Assembly (NCBI GenBank): GCA_033549025.1
Contig: JAWSUS010000002.1
Span: 32,001 to 96,000, forward strand
DNA length: 64,000 bases
DNA from: Desulfuromonadales bacterium
GTDB taxonomy: Bacteria; Desulfobacterota; Desulfuromonadia; Desulfuromonadales; SZUA-540
Direction of reading: 5' to 3'
A program made the translations under genes and the position numbers. The notes beneath the pieces were generated by a model. The model saw only the letters and a program-made list of their open reading frames with translations. It was not told the origin of the DNA and did not search any database. Positions 38,958 to 48,619 of this stretch are shown piece after piece; the stretch's first letter is position 1; the number at the start of each line of letters is the position of its first letter.

Positions 38958-40277
38958 ATGAACTGGAAACAGGAATGGAAACCCCTGGCCACCATCGTTG
39001 CCGTCTTTGCTGCCTGCTACTGGCTGCCAGTGGACTGGCTACAGGCCAGTCGCCGGGTCGAAAACGCCCTGTGGGAATCGCTGCATCTGGTCAAATGGTA
39101 CGCCCAGGAGCACGTCCTCCTCTGTCTGGTGCCGGCCTTTTTCATCGCCGGCGCCGTTGGCGTCTTTGTCAGCCAGGCGGCCGTGATGAAATACCTTGGC
39201 CCCAAAGCCAACAAGCCGCTGGCCTACGGCGTCGCCTCCGTGTCCGGCACCATCCTGGCGGTCTGCTCCTGCACCATATTGCCCCTCTTTGCCGGCATCT
39301 ACCGCATGGGCGCGGGGCTCGGTCCGGCCAGCGCCTTTCTCTATTCCGGCCCGGCCATCAACATCCTGGCCATTGTATTGACCGGGGCTGTACTCGGCCC
39401 CGAAATGGGTCTGGCTCGTGCCGTGGGTGCCGTGACCTTCGCTATTGTCATTGGCCTTCTCATGCACCTGATTTTTCGCCAGGAAGAATTGGCCAAGATC
39501 GACGCGGCCGCCGCCATGCCCGAGCCTGAAGTGGCGCGCCCTCTCTGGCAAAACGGCCTCTACTTCGCCAGCATGGTCGGCATTCTCGTCTTCGCCAACT
39601 GGGGGAAACCGGCCGACCCCGTCGGTCTGTGGCAGGCCCTTTATGCCAGCAAATGGGTCATTACTTCACTCTTTAGCCTGGCCCTGGCGGTAATCCTGGT
39701 GGCCTGGTTTCAGGTCGGGCTGGTGCGGATGCTTGTGACCGCCTTGCCCGTCGTTGTACTGGCTCTAGTCTTTCCCGAACAGCCCATATTCGCCTTTGTC
39801 GCCGGCTTCCTCGGCCTCTCGGTCCTCACGGCCAACGGCAAGGATGAAGAGGGCGAACTGCAGGAGTGGTTCTCTACCAGTTGGGACTTTGCCAAGAAAA
39901 TTTTGCCACTGCTCTTCTGGGGCGTGCTGGTGGCCGGCGCCCTGCTTGGACGCCCCGACCATGAAGGCCTCATCCCTTCCGGCTGGATCGCCAGTCTGGT
40001 GGGGGGGAATTCTCTCTGGGCGAACCTCTTTGCCTCGGTAGTCGGCGCCTTCATGTATTTCGCCACCCTGACGGAAGTTCCCATTCTGCAGGGCTTGATC
40101 GGCGCCGGCATGGGCAAGGGCCCCGCCCTCGCCCTGCTGCTGGCCGGCCCGGCCCTTTCGCTGCCGAACATGCTTGTCATCCGCAGCGTCATGGGCACGA
40201 AAAAGACGGTGGTCTTCGTCGGCCTGGTCATCATCATGGCCACCATTTCCGGTCTGCTTTACGGTGCCATCTTTTAA
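38958..40277 (+). CDS. ArsP/DUF318-family permease
   Basis: YAQEHVLLCLVPAFFIAG, LAVCSCTILPLF, FLYSGPAIN, YFATLTEVP, LLAGPALSLPN. Confidence 0.85.
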   Translation: MNWKQEWKPLATIVAVFAACYWLPVDWLQASRRVENALWESLHLVKWYAQEHVLLCLVPAFFIAGAVGVFVSQAAVMKYLGPKANKPLAYGVASVSGTILAVCSCTILPLFAGIYRMGAGLGPASAFLYSGPAINILAIVLTGAVLGPEMGLARAVGAVTFAIVIGLLMHLIFRQEELAKIDAAAAMPEPEVARPLWQNGLYFASMVGILVFANWGKPADPVGLWQALYASKWVITSLFSLALAVILVAWFQVGLVRMLVTALPVVVLALVFPEQPIFAFVAGFLGLSVLTANGKDEEGELQEWFSTSWDFAKKILPLLFWGVLVAGALLGRPDHEGLIPSGWIASLVGGNSLWANLFASVVGAFMYFATLTEVPILQGLIGAGMGKGPALALLLAGPALSLPNMLVIRSVMGTKKTVVFVGLVIIMATISGLLYGAIF

Positions 40278-40326
40278 GTCGACGGGCACCGCGCATTCTT
40301 CACCTACTCAAAAAAGGAGACAATCG

Positions 40327-40563
40327 ATGAGAAAAATCCAGATTCTCGGCACTGGCTGTGCCAAATGCAACGAACTGGCCGCCAACGCCAAAGAGGCCGC
40401 GCAGACCCTGGGCGAAGAAGTAGAATTTGAAAAGGTCACGACCATCAACGAGATCATGACCTTCGGCTGCATGACCACGCCCGGACTGGCCATCGACGGT
40501 AAGGTCGTTTCTCAGGGCAAGGTGCTCAAGCCCGAGCAGATCGTCAAACTGCTGCAAGCCTGA
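40327..40563 (+). CDS. Small redox-active disulfide protein (MTH895-like thioredoxin)
   Basis: KIQILGTGCAKC, TPGLAIDGKV; SD AAGGAG, ATG 40327. Confidence 0.9.
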   Translation: MRKIQILGTGCAKCNELAANAKEAAQTLGEEVEFEKVTTINEIMTFGCMTTPGLAIDGKVVSQGKVLKPEQIVKLLQA

Positions 40564-40599
40564 TATCTTCGCACCATCAACCTGCCGGGAGGTTTACCG

Positions 40600-41004
40600 A
40601 TGTCCATGCGCACCCTTTTTGTCGCGGCTTTCACGGTCTTTTTTGTCCTGAGTCTTACCGCTTGCAACAAGGCTGATTCCGCCGGGTCCAGACCGGATAC
40701 AGCCCCTGCCCCCGGGGTGGCGACCGGTGTGCCGCGCCTCGTTGACCTGGGCGCCGACAAATGCATTCCCTGCAAAATGATGGCGCCGATTCTGGAAAAA
40801 CTGCAAAAGGAGTATGCCGGCAAGATGGACGTGGTGTTCATCGATGTCTGGAAGAATCGGGAAGAGGCCACCCGCTACGGGGTTCAACTTATCCCCACCC
40901 AGATTTTTTACAGTCCCGACGGCAAGGAACTCCACCGGCATCAGGGCTTTATCGGCAAGGAAGACATCCTCGCCACCTGGAGTCAGCTCGGGTACGACTT
41001 CTAA
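40600..41004 (+). CDS. Thioredoxin-family lipoprotein
   Basis: Lipobox LTAC; DLGADKCIPCKMM; IPTQIF; RHQGF. Confidence 0.9.
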   Translation: MSMRTLFVAAFTVFFVLSLTACNKADSAGSRPDTAPAPGVATGVPRLVDLGADKCIPCKMMAPILEKLQKEYAGKMDVVFIDVWKNREEATRYGVQLIPTQIFYSPDGKELHRHQGFIGKEDILATWSQLGYDF

Positions 41005-41058
41005 AATCGTTCCCGTGGTCGATCTAGCAGCATCCTCTCCAGGCAAAGGACTTTACCG

Positions 41059-41760
41059 ATGGAATCCCTCTTTATCGCCCTTAATCAAGCGGTCACCGGC
41101 TCGCCGCTGCTCGCGCTTGCGGCCGCTCTGGCCTGGGGCGTCCTCAGCGTCGTTCTCTCCCCCTGCCATCTGGCCAGCATTCCCCTTATTGTCGGCTTTA
41201 TCGACGGCCAGGGAAGGATGACCACAAAGCGGGCTTTTCTCATCTCCACCCTGTTCGCCTTCGGCATTCTGCTCACTATTGCCCTGATCGGCGTCATCAC
41301 CGCCGCGGCTGGACGCATGCTCGGCGACCTGGGCCCCTGGGCCAACTGGTTCGTCGCCGGCATCTTTATCCTGGTCGGACTGCACCTGCTCGACTTTATC
41401 CCCATGCCCTGGTCGGGGCCTGGCCAGGTCGGGATGGCACGCAAAGGGATGCTGGCGGCGTTCCTCCTCGGCCTCATTTTCGGTATCGCCCTCGGGCCCT
41501 GCACCTTTGCCTACATGGCCCCGATGCTTGGGATAACTTTCAGCCTGGCCGCCGACAATCTGCTTTACGGGGCCTCGCTCCTGCTCGCCTACGGCATCGG
41601 TCACTGTGCCGTGATCGTGCTGGCCGGCACCTTCACCGAAATTATTCAGCATTACCTGGACTGGAACGAAAAATCCAAAGGGGCGGTCATCCTCAAAAAG
41701 ATTTGCGGTATTCTCGTGATAGCGGGCGGCCTGTGGCTCATCTACAGCGCCCCCTTTTAA
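41059..41760 (+). CDS. CcdA/DsbD-type transmembrane electron transporter
   Basis: LSPCHLASIP and LGPCT motifs; six TM helices. Confidence 0.9.
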   Translation: MESLFIALNQAVTGSPLLALAAALAWGVLSVVLSPCHLASIPLIVGFIDGQGRMTTKRAFLISTLFAFGILLTIALIGVITAAAGRMLGDLGPWANWFVAGIFILVGLHLLDFIPMPWSGPGQVGMARKGMLAAFLLGLIFGIALGPCTFAYMAPMLGITFSLAADNLLYGASLLLAYGIGHCAVIVLAGTFTEIIQHYLDWNEKSKGAVILKKICGILVIAGGLWLIYSAPF

Positions 41761-41775
41761 CTGGAGGGAAAAAAC

Positions 41776-42246
41776 ATGAAAACTTGGTTGCGATGCACCC
41801 TGATGATCTTTGCGGCAACGTTGCTGTTCGGCACCAAAACTTTTTCGGCCGAGCCCATCTCGTTTGAAAATTACCTTCTTAACTACACCTACGAATCCCG
41901 CAAGGATATGAAAGCGACCAGCACACAGGTTATCGATTGGGTCGAGGACGGCAAGGCCGTGCTGGTCGACATCCGCTTTAAAGAAGAACAACAGACCTGG
42001 GGGGTCAATTTCGGCCTGAAGATTCCCCTGAGCGAGCTGCCAAAACGCCTGGCCGAACTGCCCAAGGACAAGATCATTGTCGCCGCCTGCCCCCATAAGG
42101 ACCGGGCCATCATCGCCATGGTCTACCTGCGCACCCAAGGTTTCCAGGCCCGCTACCTCACGGACGGCCTGATTGGCTTGATGGAAAATCTGCGCGGAGA
42201 AGATGCATTGTATTTTCAGGAGTTGCTGAAGACGCCGGAGAAGTAG
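41776..42246 (+). CDS. Exported rhodanese-like protein
   Basis: Signal peptide; LVDIR..EE, IPL.EL..RL.ELPKDK, ACPHKDRA, YLTDG. Confidence 0.85.
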   Translation: MKTWLRCTLMIFAATLLFGTKTFSAEPISFENYLLNYTYESRKDMKATSTQVIDWVEDGKAVLVDIRFKEEQQTWGVNFGLKIPLSELPKRLAELPKDKIIVAACPHKDRAIIAMVYLRTQGFQARYLTDGLIGLMENLRGEDALYFQELLKTPEK

Positions 42247-42283
42247 AGTCAGTTAAGAACGATTCCTGCCGGCACAAAAACAA

Positions 42284-42315
42284 CAAGGGCCTACAGCGTT
42301 TGCTGTAGGCCCTTG
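42284..42315. terminator. Terminator hairpin between the ars cluster and tRNA-Asn
   Basis: CAAGGGCCTACAGC-GTTT-GCTGTAGGCCCTTG with A/T-rich flanks. Confidence 0.75.
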
Positions 42316-42323
42316 ATATTTTA

Positions 42324-42399
<76 letters not shown>

Positions 42400-42491
42400 A
42401 TGTGTGACAGGCTGGGAATATACTGGATTGCCCTGGGGCTGTCAAGTTTTTTGTGCCCTAATTTTTAGTCGAATTTGATACCCGGGATGCC

Positions 42492-43082
42492 CTAACGTCC
42501 ACCCTTTTTGAGATCCACAAGAATCAGTTTAGCCACCGCTTTGAGTGTCTCGAAAACCCCTTCACCGGTGGTGGCGCAGGCTTCAAATTCGGGCACGTTG
42601 GTCGGATTGAGAAGGCTGCGCAGCTCTTCCAGTGACGAAACGTTGGGAAGGTCCCGCTTATTGTATTGGATGACGAAAGGCAGGTTTTCGAGCTGATAGC
42701 CTTGTTCTTCCAGGTTGACCTTGAGGTTCTCGAGGCTCTCGATGTTGGCATCGAGGCGTTCTTCCTGGGAATCGGCCACAAAAACGACACCGTCAACCCC
42801 TTTGAGGATGAGCTTACGGGAGGCATCGTAGAAGACCTGACCCGGCACGGTATAGAGATGGAAGCGGGTTTTGAAGCCACGAATTTCTCCCAGCGCCAGC
42901 GGCAGAAAGTCGAAGAACAGCGTCCGCTCTGTCTCCGTCGCCAGAGAGATCATCTTTCCCTTGGATTCAGGTGCCGTCTTCTGGTAGACGAACTGAAGAT
43001 TGGTCGTCTTGCCGCAAAGGCCCGGCCCATAATAGACGATTTTGCAGTTTATTTCGCGTGAAGCGTAGTTGATAAAAGACAT
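42492..43082 (-). CDS. mglA: Small GTPase MglA
   Basis: [45 protein letters not shown]. Confidence 0.97.
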   Translation of the reverse strand: MSFINYASREINCKIVYYGPGLCGKTTNLQFVYQKTAPESKGKMISLATETERTLFFDFLPLALGEIRGFKTRFHLYTVPGQVFYDASRKLILKGVDGVVFVADSQEERLDANIESLENLKVNLEEQGYQLENLPFVIQYNKRDLPNVSSLEELRSLLNPTNVPEFEACATTGEGVFETLKAVAKLILVDLKKGGR

Positions 43083-43095
43083 GCTGGCTTACCTC

Positions 43096-43593
43096 TCAGC
43101 TGAAGAGGTTATCAATGTCGTCGTCGGTGATTTCGGCAAAAGGACTCTGAAAATCTCCACTGGATTCCATCTCCTCTGCCTTCTTTTCCAGATCCTGAAA
43201 AATATCACCCAACTCATCGCTGGCCTTTTTGACGCGAAGACGGACCAACCCGAGCGAACTGCGCTGGTCGAAAATCACAACCAGGATCACCCTGCCGGCC
43301 ACAATGGAAATGTGCAGATTGTCTTTTTCCCCCTCGTGAAAGAGGATGGAAAATTCCTTCTCGCCGATGAGTTTGGCCAATCCGCCCGTCGCAGCGATAT
43401 TTCCTGCCGTCAAGGAGGCCAGGCTTGTCGTATCCAGATGTTCGGTCTCACCGACGGCGGTGATCAACTGGCCATTTTTGTCGACCAGAAAAATGACCTT
43501 GGCGTTGGCTTCCCGCAGCAGTTTCTCAATGGTCGCGTTTATTCTTTTCAATTCCTCGTCGTACATGACGAGCGATGATTGTGGGCCAAACAT
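43096..43593 (-). CDS. mglB: Roadblock/LC7 GTPase-activating protein MglB
   Basis: LVMYDEE, FLVDKNGQLI, SLTAGNIAATGGLA, SSLGLVRLR, FAEITDDDIDNLF. Confidence 0.95.
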   Translation of the reverse strand: MFGPQSSLVMYDEELKRINATIEKLLREANAKVIFLVDKNGQLITAVGETEHLDTTSLASLTAGNIAATGGLAKLIGEKEFSILFHEGEKDNLHISIVAGRVILVVIFDQRSSLGLVRLRVKKASDELGDIFQDLEKKAEEMESSGDFQSPFAEITDDDIDNLFS

Positions 43594-43715
43594 GCCAATG
43601 CTCCTTGAAAGGGTTTGTGCACCAGCGGATTTTATAGCATCTATACCCCGAACTATCAAGGTCTTTTAATGACTTAGGATCTGCACGAAGGAACTGAATA
43701 CCCTGAAATTTTCCC

Positions 43716-43750
43716 AAAAAAAACTCCCGACAGTTGCCTGCCGGGAGTTT
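43716..43750 (-). terminator. Intrinsic terminator after por
   Basis: CTCCCGGCAG-GCAA-CTGTCGGGAG followed by T8. Confidence 0.85.
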
Positions 43751-43768
43751 GAATCACCGAGTTGTCAC

Positions 43769-46700
43769 TCAGCTTTTTTTGCCACAATCGACCTGCATAT
43801 CGGCCAGCTTTTTATAGAGATCGTAGCGCGCGGCCGTTTCGGCGTTGGCCTGTTTCATCAGGCTAGCGGCCACCTCAGGCTGGGCTTTCTGCAGGAATTT
43901 CCAGCGATTCTCCCCAGAGGCGAACTCTTCGAAGGAGATACTGGGATCCTTGCTGTCCAGCTGGAGCGGGTTTTTGCCCTGGTCGGCCAGGCGGGGGTCA
44001 TAGCGGAAAAGGGGCCAGTGACCGCAGGCGACCGCTTTCTTACACTCATCCACGGCGGTGGTCATATTGATGCCGTGAGCGATACAGTGGCTGTAAGCGA
44101 TAATCAGCGACGGTCCATCATAGGCATCCGCTTCGAGCATGGCTTTGACGACCTGAGCCGGATTAGCCATGGAGACCTTGGCGACATAGATGTTGCCATA
44201 AGTCATGGCGATCATGCCGAGGTCTTTCTTCGGCATGCGCTTACCACCCGCGGCAAACTGAGCCACGGCGCCCAGAGGCGTCGATTTAGAGGCCTGACCA
44301 CCGGTGTTCGAGTAAACTTCGGTGTCGAGAACCAGTACGTTGACGTTCTCACCGGAAGCGAGGACGTGGTCGAGACCACCGTAACCGATATCGTAAGCCC
44401 AGCCGTCGCCGCCGTGGATCCAGACCGACTTCTTGACGAGGTAGTCGGCGACGGACAGCAGGTTCTTGCTGTCGGCATCGGGACACTTCTCAAGAGATTT
44501 CTTCAGCTTGGCAACGCGGGCGCGCTGGGCCTCGATCTCTTCCTGATTTGTCTGGGGCGCCTCTTTGATCTCCTTCATCAAAGGCAGGCTTTCCTTGCAC
44601 CCTTTGCAGTCACAAGAGGACAGCTTATCGACAAGTTCAAGAGCATATTCAGTAAACTTGTCGATGGTCAGGCGGAAGCCGAAACCGAACTCGGCGTTGT
44701 CTTCAAACAGTGAGTTGCTCCAGGCCGGACCCAGACCATCCTTGCGCTTGCTCCAAGGAGTGGTGGGCAGGTTACCGCCGTAGATAGAGGAGCAGCCGGT
44801 GGCATTGGCGACCACCATGCGGTCACCAAAGAGCTGGGAGCAAAGCTTGACGAAAGGCGTCTCGCCACAGCCGGCGCAGGCCCCGGAGAATTCGAACATC
44901 GGCGGCAACAGCTGGCTCCCCTTGAGGGTAGCGGGGTTGATCAGAGCCGGGTCGGTGTCGGGAAGAGCGAGGAAGAATTCGAAATTCTCGCGCTCTGTCT
45001 CACGCAGGGGTACCTGCTCAACCATGTTGATGGCCTTGTGGTTTTCGTCGGTCTTACTCTTGGCCGGGCAGTTGTGAACACAGGCGCCGCAGCCGGTGCA
45101 GTCTTCGACAGCCACCTGCAGAGTGAACTTCTTGCCTTCCATGCCCTTGCCTTTGGCGGCGCAAGACTTGAAAGTCGACGGAGCCCCTTTAAGCTCTTTC
45201 TCGTCGTAAATTTTCATACGGATCGAGGCGTGCGGGCAGACGAAGGAACAGATCCCGCACTGAATGCAGAGTTCTTCGTCCCAGGCCGGTACGGTTACCG
45301 CAATATTGCGCTTCTCGTACATGGCCGTGGCCGTAGGGAAGGTGCCGTCAGCCGGCATAGCGGAGATGGGCAGCTTGTCGCCCAAACCGTCGATGATGGG
45401 CCCCAGGGTCTTTTGCACGGTTTCGGGAGTGCCGGCCCATTTGCCGATATGCATCTCGATGGTGCTGTCAGCCTTGGCGGGGATAGCCACTTCCTCGATA
45501 TTGTTGGCGCCGGCATCAACAGCCTGGAAGTTCATGTTGACGACCTTTTCGCCAGCCTTGCCGTAACTCTTGACAATGGCGTCCTTGATCTCCTTGACGG
45601 CCAGATCGAAATCGATGATGTTGGAGATCTTGAAGAAAGCGGTCTGCATGATGACGTTGATACGGGGACCGAGGCCGATCTTGTTGCCCAGGTGAACACC
45701 GTCGATCACGAAGAACTTGAGCTGCTTGTCAATAATCTGCTGCTGCACTTGCTTGGGCAGATGGGCCCAGACCTCGTCCTTGTTGTAAGGGCTGTTGAGG
45801 AGGAAGGTCGCTCCCTTCTTGGCCCGGCCGAGCATGTCGTACTTCTCGAGGAAAGAGAAGTTGTGACAGGCGACAAAATCGGCACTGTCCACGAGATACG
45901 TGCTGCGAATCACGTCTTTGCCGAACCGCAGGTGGCTGGTGGTCATGCTGCCGGCCTTCTTGGAGTCATAGACGAAGTAGGCCTGCGCGTTGTTGTCCGT
46001 GTTGTCGCCGATGATCTTGATGGAGTTCTTGTTGGCGCCAACGGTGCCGTCGGAACCGAGACCATAGAACATGGCGGCATAGACGCTCTGAGGCACCTTG
46101 TAGTTCGGGTCGAAATCGAGGCTTTTGCCGGTGACGTCGTCCTTGATGCCGACAACGAAGTGGTTCATCGGCTTGTCGGCCTTAAGATTGTCGTAAACTG
46201 CTTTGGCCATGGCCGGGGAGAACTCGTAGGAGCCCAGGCCGTAGCGGCCGCCAACGATGGTCGGATAGCCGTCAAAGGAGAACAGGCCTTCGGACATGGC
46301 CTCGCCGATGGCGGTACGCACGTTGTGGTAGATAGGCTCACCCATGGAGCCGGGCTCCTTGGTGCGATCGAGAACGGCAATCTTTTTGACCGTCTTGGGC
46401 AGGGCCTTAACAAAGGCCTCCGTCAGGTAAGGCAGGAAGAGACGCACTTTAAGCAGGCCGACCTTCTCGCCCTGAGCATTGAGATGCTCGACCAGCTCAT
46501 GGATGGTCTCGCAGGAAGAGCCCATGGCCACGATGACGCGCTCGGCGTCAGGAGCCCCAACATAATCAAACAGATTATACTGGCGACCGGTCAGCTTGGC
46601 GAATTTGTCCATCTGGGCCTGAACGATGCCGGGCACCTTGTCATAGTAGGAATTGACTGTCTCACGACCTTGGAAGTACACGTCGGGGTTCTGGGCGGTA

Positions 46701-47350
46701 CCGCGCAGAACCGGATGATCGGGCGAAAGGCCACGGGCACGGTGAGCGCGTACCTGCTCGTCGTCGATCATCGCTTTCATGTCGTCCATGGACAAGGCTT
46801 CCACTTTCTGAATTTCATGGGAGGTGCGGAAGCCGTCGAAGAAGTGCAGGAAGGGGATGCGCGACTCGAGGGTCGAGGCCTGGGCAATCAGGGCAAAGTC
46901 CATGACTTCCTGAGGATTATTCGAGCACAGGAAGGCCCAGCCGGTAGAACGGCAGGTCATGACGTCGGAGTGATCGCCGAAAATGGACAGGGCCTGCGCG
47001 GCGATGGCGCGGGCCGATACATGGAAGACCGTCGGGGTCAATTCGCCGGCAATCTTGAACATGTTGGGGATCATCAGGAGCAGCCCCTGAGAGGCGGTAA
47101 ACGTGGTGGTCAGAGCACCGGCCTGCAGAGCGCCGTGAACCGCGCCGGCCGCACCACCTTCGGACTGCATTTCGACGACCTTGGGAATCGTACCCCAGAT
47201 GTTTTTTTCACCCACCGCACTCTTTGCGTCGGAGATCTCACCCATAACCGATGATGGCGTGATGGGATAGATGGCGATAACCTCGTTGGTGGCATGGGCT
47301 ACATGCGCCGCCGCGGTATTGCCGTCAATGTTTACCATAGTGCGCGACAT
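43769..47350 (-). CDS. por: Pyruvate:ferredoxin/flavodoxin oxidoreductase (single chain)
   Basis: YPITPSS, EMQSEGGAAG, GLGSDGTVG, two ferredoxin motifs, ACAGCGET, GGDGWAYDIG. Confidence 0.97.
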   Translation of the reverse strand: MSRTMVNIDGNTAAAHVAHATNEVIAIYPITPSSVMGEISDAKSAVGEKNIWGTIPKVVEMQSEGGAAGAVHGALQAGALTTTFTASQGLLLMIPNMFKIAGELTPTVFHVSARAIAAQALSIFGDHSDVMTCRSTGWAFLCSNNPQEVMDFALIAQASTLESRIPFLHFFDGFRTSHEIQKVEALSMDDMKAMIDDEQVRAHRARGLSPDHPVLRGTAQNPDVYFQGRETVNSYYDKVPGIVQAQMDKFAKLTGRQYNLFDYVGAPDAERVIVAMGSSCETIHELVEHLNAQGEKVGLLKVRLFLPYLTEAFVKALPKTVKKIAVLDRTKEPGSMGEPIYHNVRTAIGEAMSEGLFSFDGYPTIVGGRYGLGSYEFSPAMAKAVYDNLKADKPMNHFVVGIKDDVTGKSLDFDPNYKVPQSVYAAMFYGLGSDGTVGANKNSIKIIGDNTDNNAQAYFVYDSKKAGSMTTSHLRFGKDVIRSTYLVDSADFVACHNFSFLEKYDMLGRAKKGATFLLNSPYNKDEVWAHLPKQVQQQIIDKQLKFFVIDGVHLGNKIGLGPRINVIMQTAFFKISNIIDFDLAVKEIKDAIVKSYGKAGEKVVNMNFQAVDAGANNIEEVAIPAKADSTIEMHIGKWAGTPETVQKTLGPIIDGLGDKLPISAMPADGTFPTATAMYEKRNIAVTVPAWDEELCIQCGICSFVCPHASIRMKIYDEKELKGAPSTFKSCAAKGKGMEGKKFTLQVAVEDCTGCGACVHNCPAKSKTDENHKAINMVEQVPLRETERENFEFFLALPDTDPALINPATLKGSQLLPPMFEFSGACAGCGETPFVKLCSQLFGDRMVVANATGCSSIYGGNLPTTPWSKRKDGLGPAWSNSLFEDNAEFGFGFRLTIDKFTEYALELVDKLSSCDCKGCKESLPLMKEIKEAPQTNQEEIEAQRARVAKLKKSLEKCPDADSKNLLSVADYLVKKSVWIHGGDGWAYDIGYGGLDHVLASGENVNVLVLDTEVYSNTGGQASKSTPLGAVAQFAAGGKRMPKKDLGMIAMTYGNIYVAKVSMANPAQVVKAMLEADAYDGPSLIIAYSHCIAHGINMTTAVDECKKAVACGHWPLFRYDPRLADQGKNPLQLDSKDPSISFEEFASGENRWKFLQKAQPEVAASLMKQANAETAARYDLYKKLADMQVDCGKKS

Positions 47351-47530
47351 GAACTCCTCCTTTTGCGTGTTAATGAATCTGTACCCGATATTCCGGATGG
47401 GCTAGCCAGAAAGACCCTGGCAGCGGTGGAATACTCGGCTTTTCACAAATATTCACCCAATGGCCGCAACACGCCGTAGCGCGATGCAAAACCGTAACAG
47501 TATAGCAAAAGTTCCGACAAATTCAGGAGG

Positions 47531-48130
47531 CTAAAGGTCGCGGCGGCCCTCAACGGCCCGGTTCACTGTCGCCTCATCGATGTATTCAAGGTCGCTCCCC
47601 ATGGGGATGCCGTGAGCCAGCCGGGTCACCCTGACACCCAGAGGAGAAATCTGTCTGGCCAGGTAGAGCGCGGTTGTTTCGCCTTCCACCGAAAAATTGG
47701 TAGCGAGCAAAACCTCCTTCACCACGCCATCCTTCAGGCGAGTCAATAGCTCGTCAATTTTCAGGTCTTCCGGCCCGATCCCGTCAAGGGGCGAGAGAGC
47801 GCCATGCAGAACATGATAACGCCCCCGAAAAGACCGGCTGCGTTCGATCGCCATCAGATCCTGCGGCTGTTCAACCACACAGAGCAGGGACTCATCACGC
47901 CCGCTATCGGTGCAGATGGGACAGGGATCCTGCTCGGTCACGCCAAAACAGCAGGAGCAGAAACGGATGTTCTGTTTCAGCTCCCGGATAGCATCCGCGA
48001 GAGCCTCGGACTCGGGCCCGGACTGGCGCAAAATATGAAAAGCCAGGCGGATAGCGGTCTTCTGACCGATCCCTGGCAATTTGGCCAATTCAGCGACTAG
48101 CCGGGTGAAAGACGGGGTGGAGTTTAGCAT
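47531..48130 (-). CDS. recR: Recombination protein RecR
   Basis: LPGIGQKTA.RLA, C4 zinc finger, Toprim (VVE, YHVL.G, EGETTA). Confidence 0.96.
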   Translation of the reverse strand: MLNSTPSFTRLVAELAKLPGIGQKTAIRLAFHILRQSGPESEALADAIRELKQNIRFCSCCFGVTEQDPCPICTDSGRDESLLCVVEQPQDLMAIERSRSFRGRYHVLHGALSPLDGIGPEDLKIDELLTRLKDGVVKEVLLATNFSVEGETTALYLARQISPLGVRVTRLAHGIPMGSDLEYIDEATVNRAVEGRRDL

Positions 48131-48225
48131 GGGACTCCGCAAAAATCCAACAAATTAAAATGGTGTTTTATTTTTTTAACAAAACAAAAAATCCGTTTAC
48201 CGGGAGTTAAAGCCGGGGACTTCCC

Positions 48226-48540
48226 TTAGAACAGGCCGGGGATATTCATCCCGCCGGTAATCTTGGACATTTCCTGCTGCATCATGTCCTGACTCTTCTT
48301 GATCGCCTCATTGACGGCGGCGACCACGAGGTCCTGAAGCATCTCAACGTCCTCGGGATCGACTACGCCCTGATCAATGTTGAGGGAGATCAGCTGCTGC
48401 TTGCCATTGACCACGGCAGTGACCATGCCGCCGCCGGCCGACGCCTCGACCTCGCGCTGGGCCAACTCCTCCTGCATGCGAGCCATTTTCTGCTGCATCA
48501 GTTGAGCCTGCTTCATGATATTTCCAAGACCTTTTGACAT
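48226..48540 (-). CDS. ybaB: YbaB/EbfC nucleoid-associated protein
   Basis: MKQAQ.MQ, AGGGMV, DPEDVEMLQDLVVAAVN. Confidence 0.95.
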   Translation of the reverse strand: MSKGLGNIMKQAQLMQQKMARMQEELAQREVEASAGGGMVTAVVNGKQQLISLNIDQGVVDPEDVEMLQDLVVAAVNEAIKKSQDMMQQEMSKITGGMNIPGLF

Positions 48541-48619
48541 GCTGAATATCCTCCTTGTGATAAATCGCGGATGTAAACAAGATAACGATCAGAGACCCAT
48601 CCGGGGGCACCTTGGCCTG

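Noticed and set aside
43769..47350. por as a nif-specific nifJ or a recent insertion between recR and mglB
   Set aside because: The order dnaX-ybaB-recR-por-mglB-mglA matches the recalled Geobacter core synteny, and I saw no sigma54 or ANTAR signals upstream.
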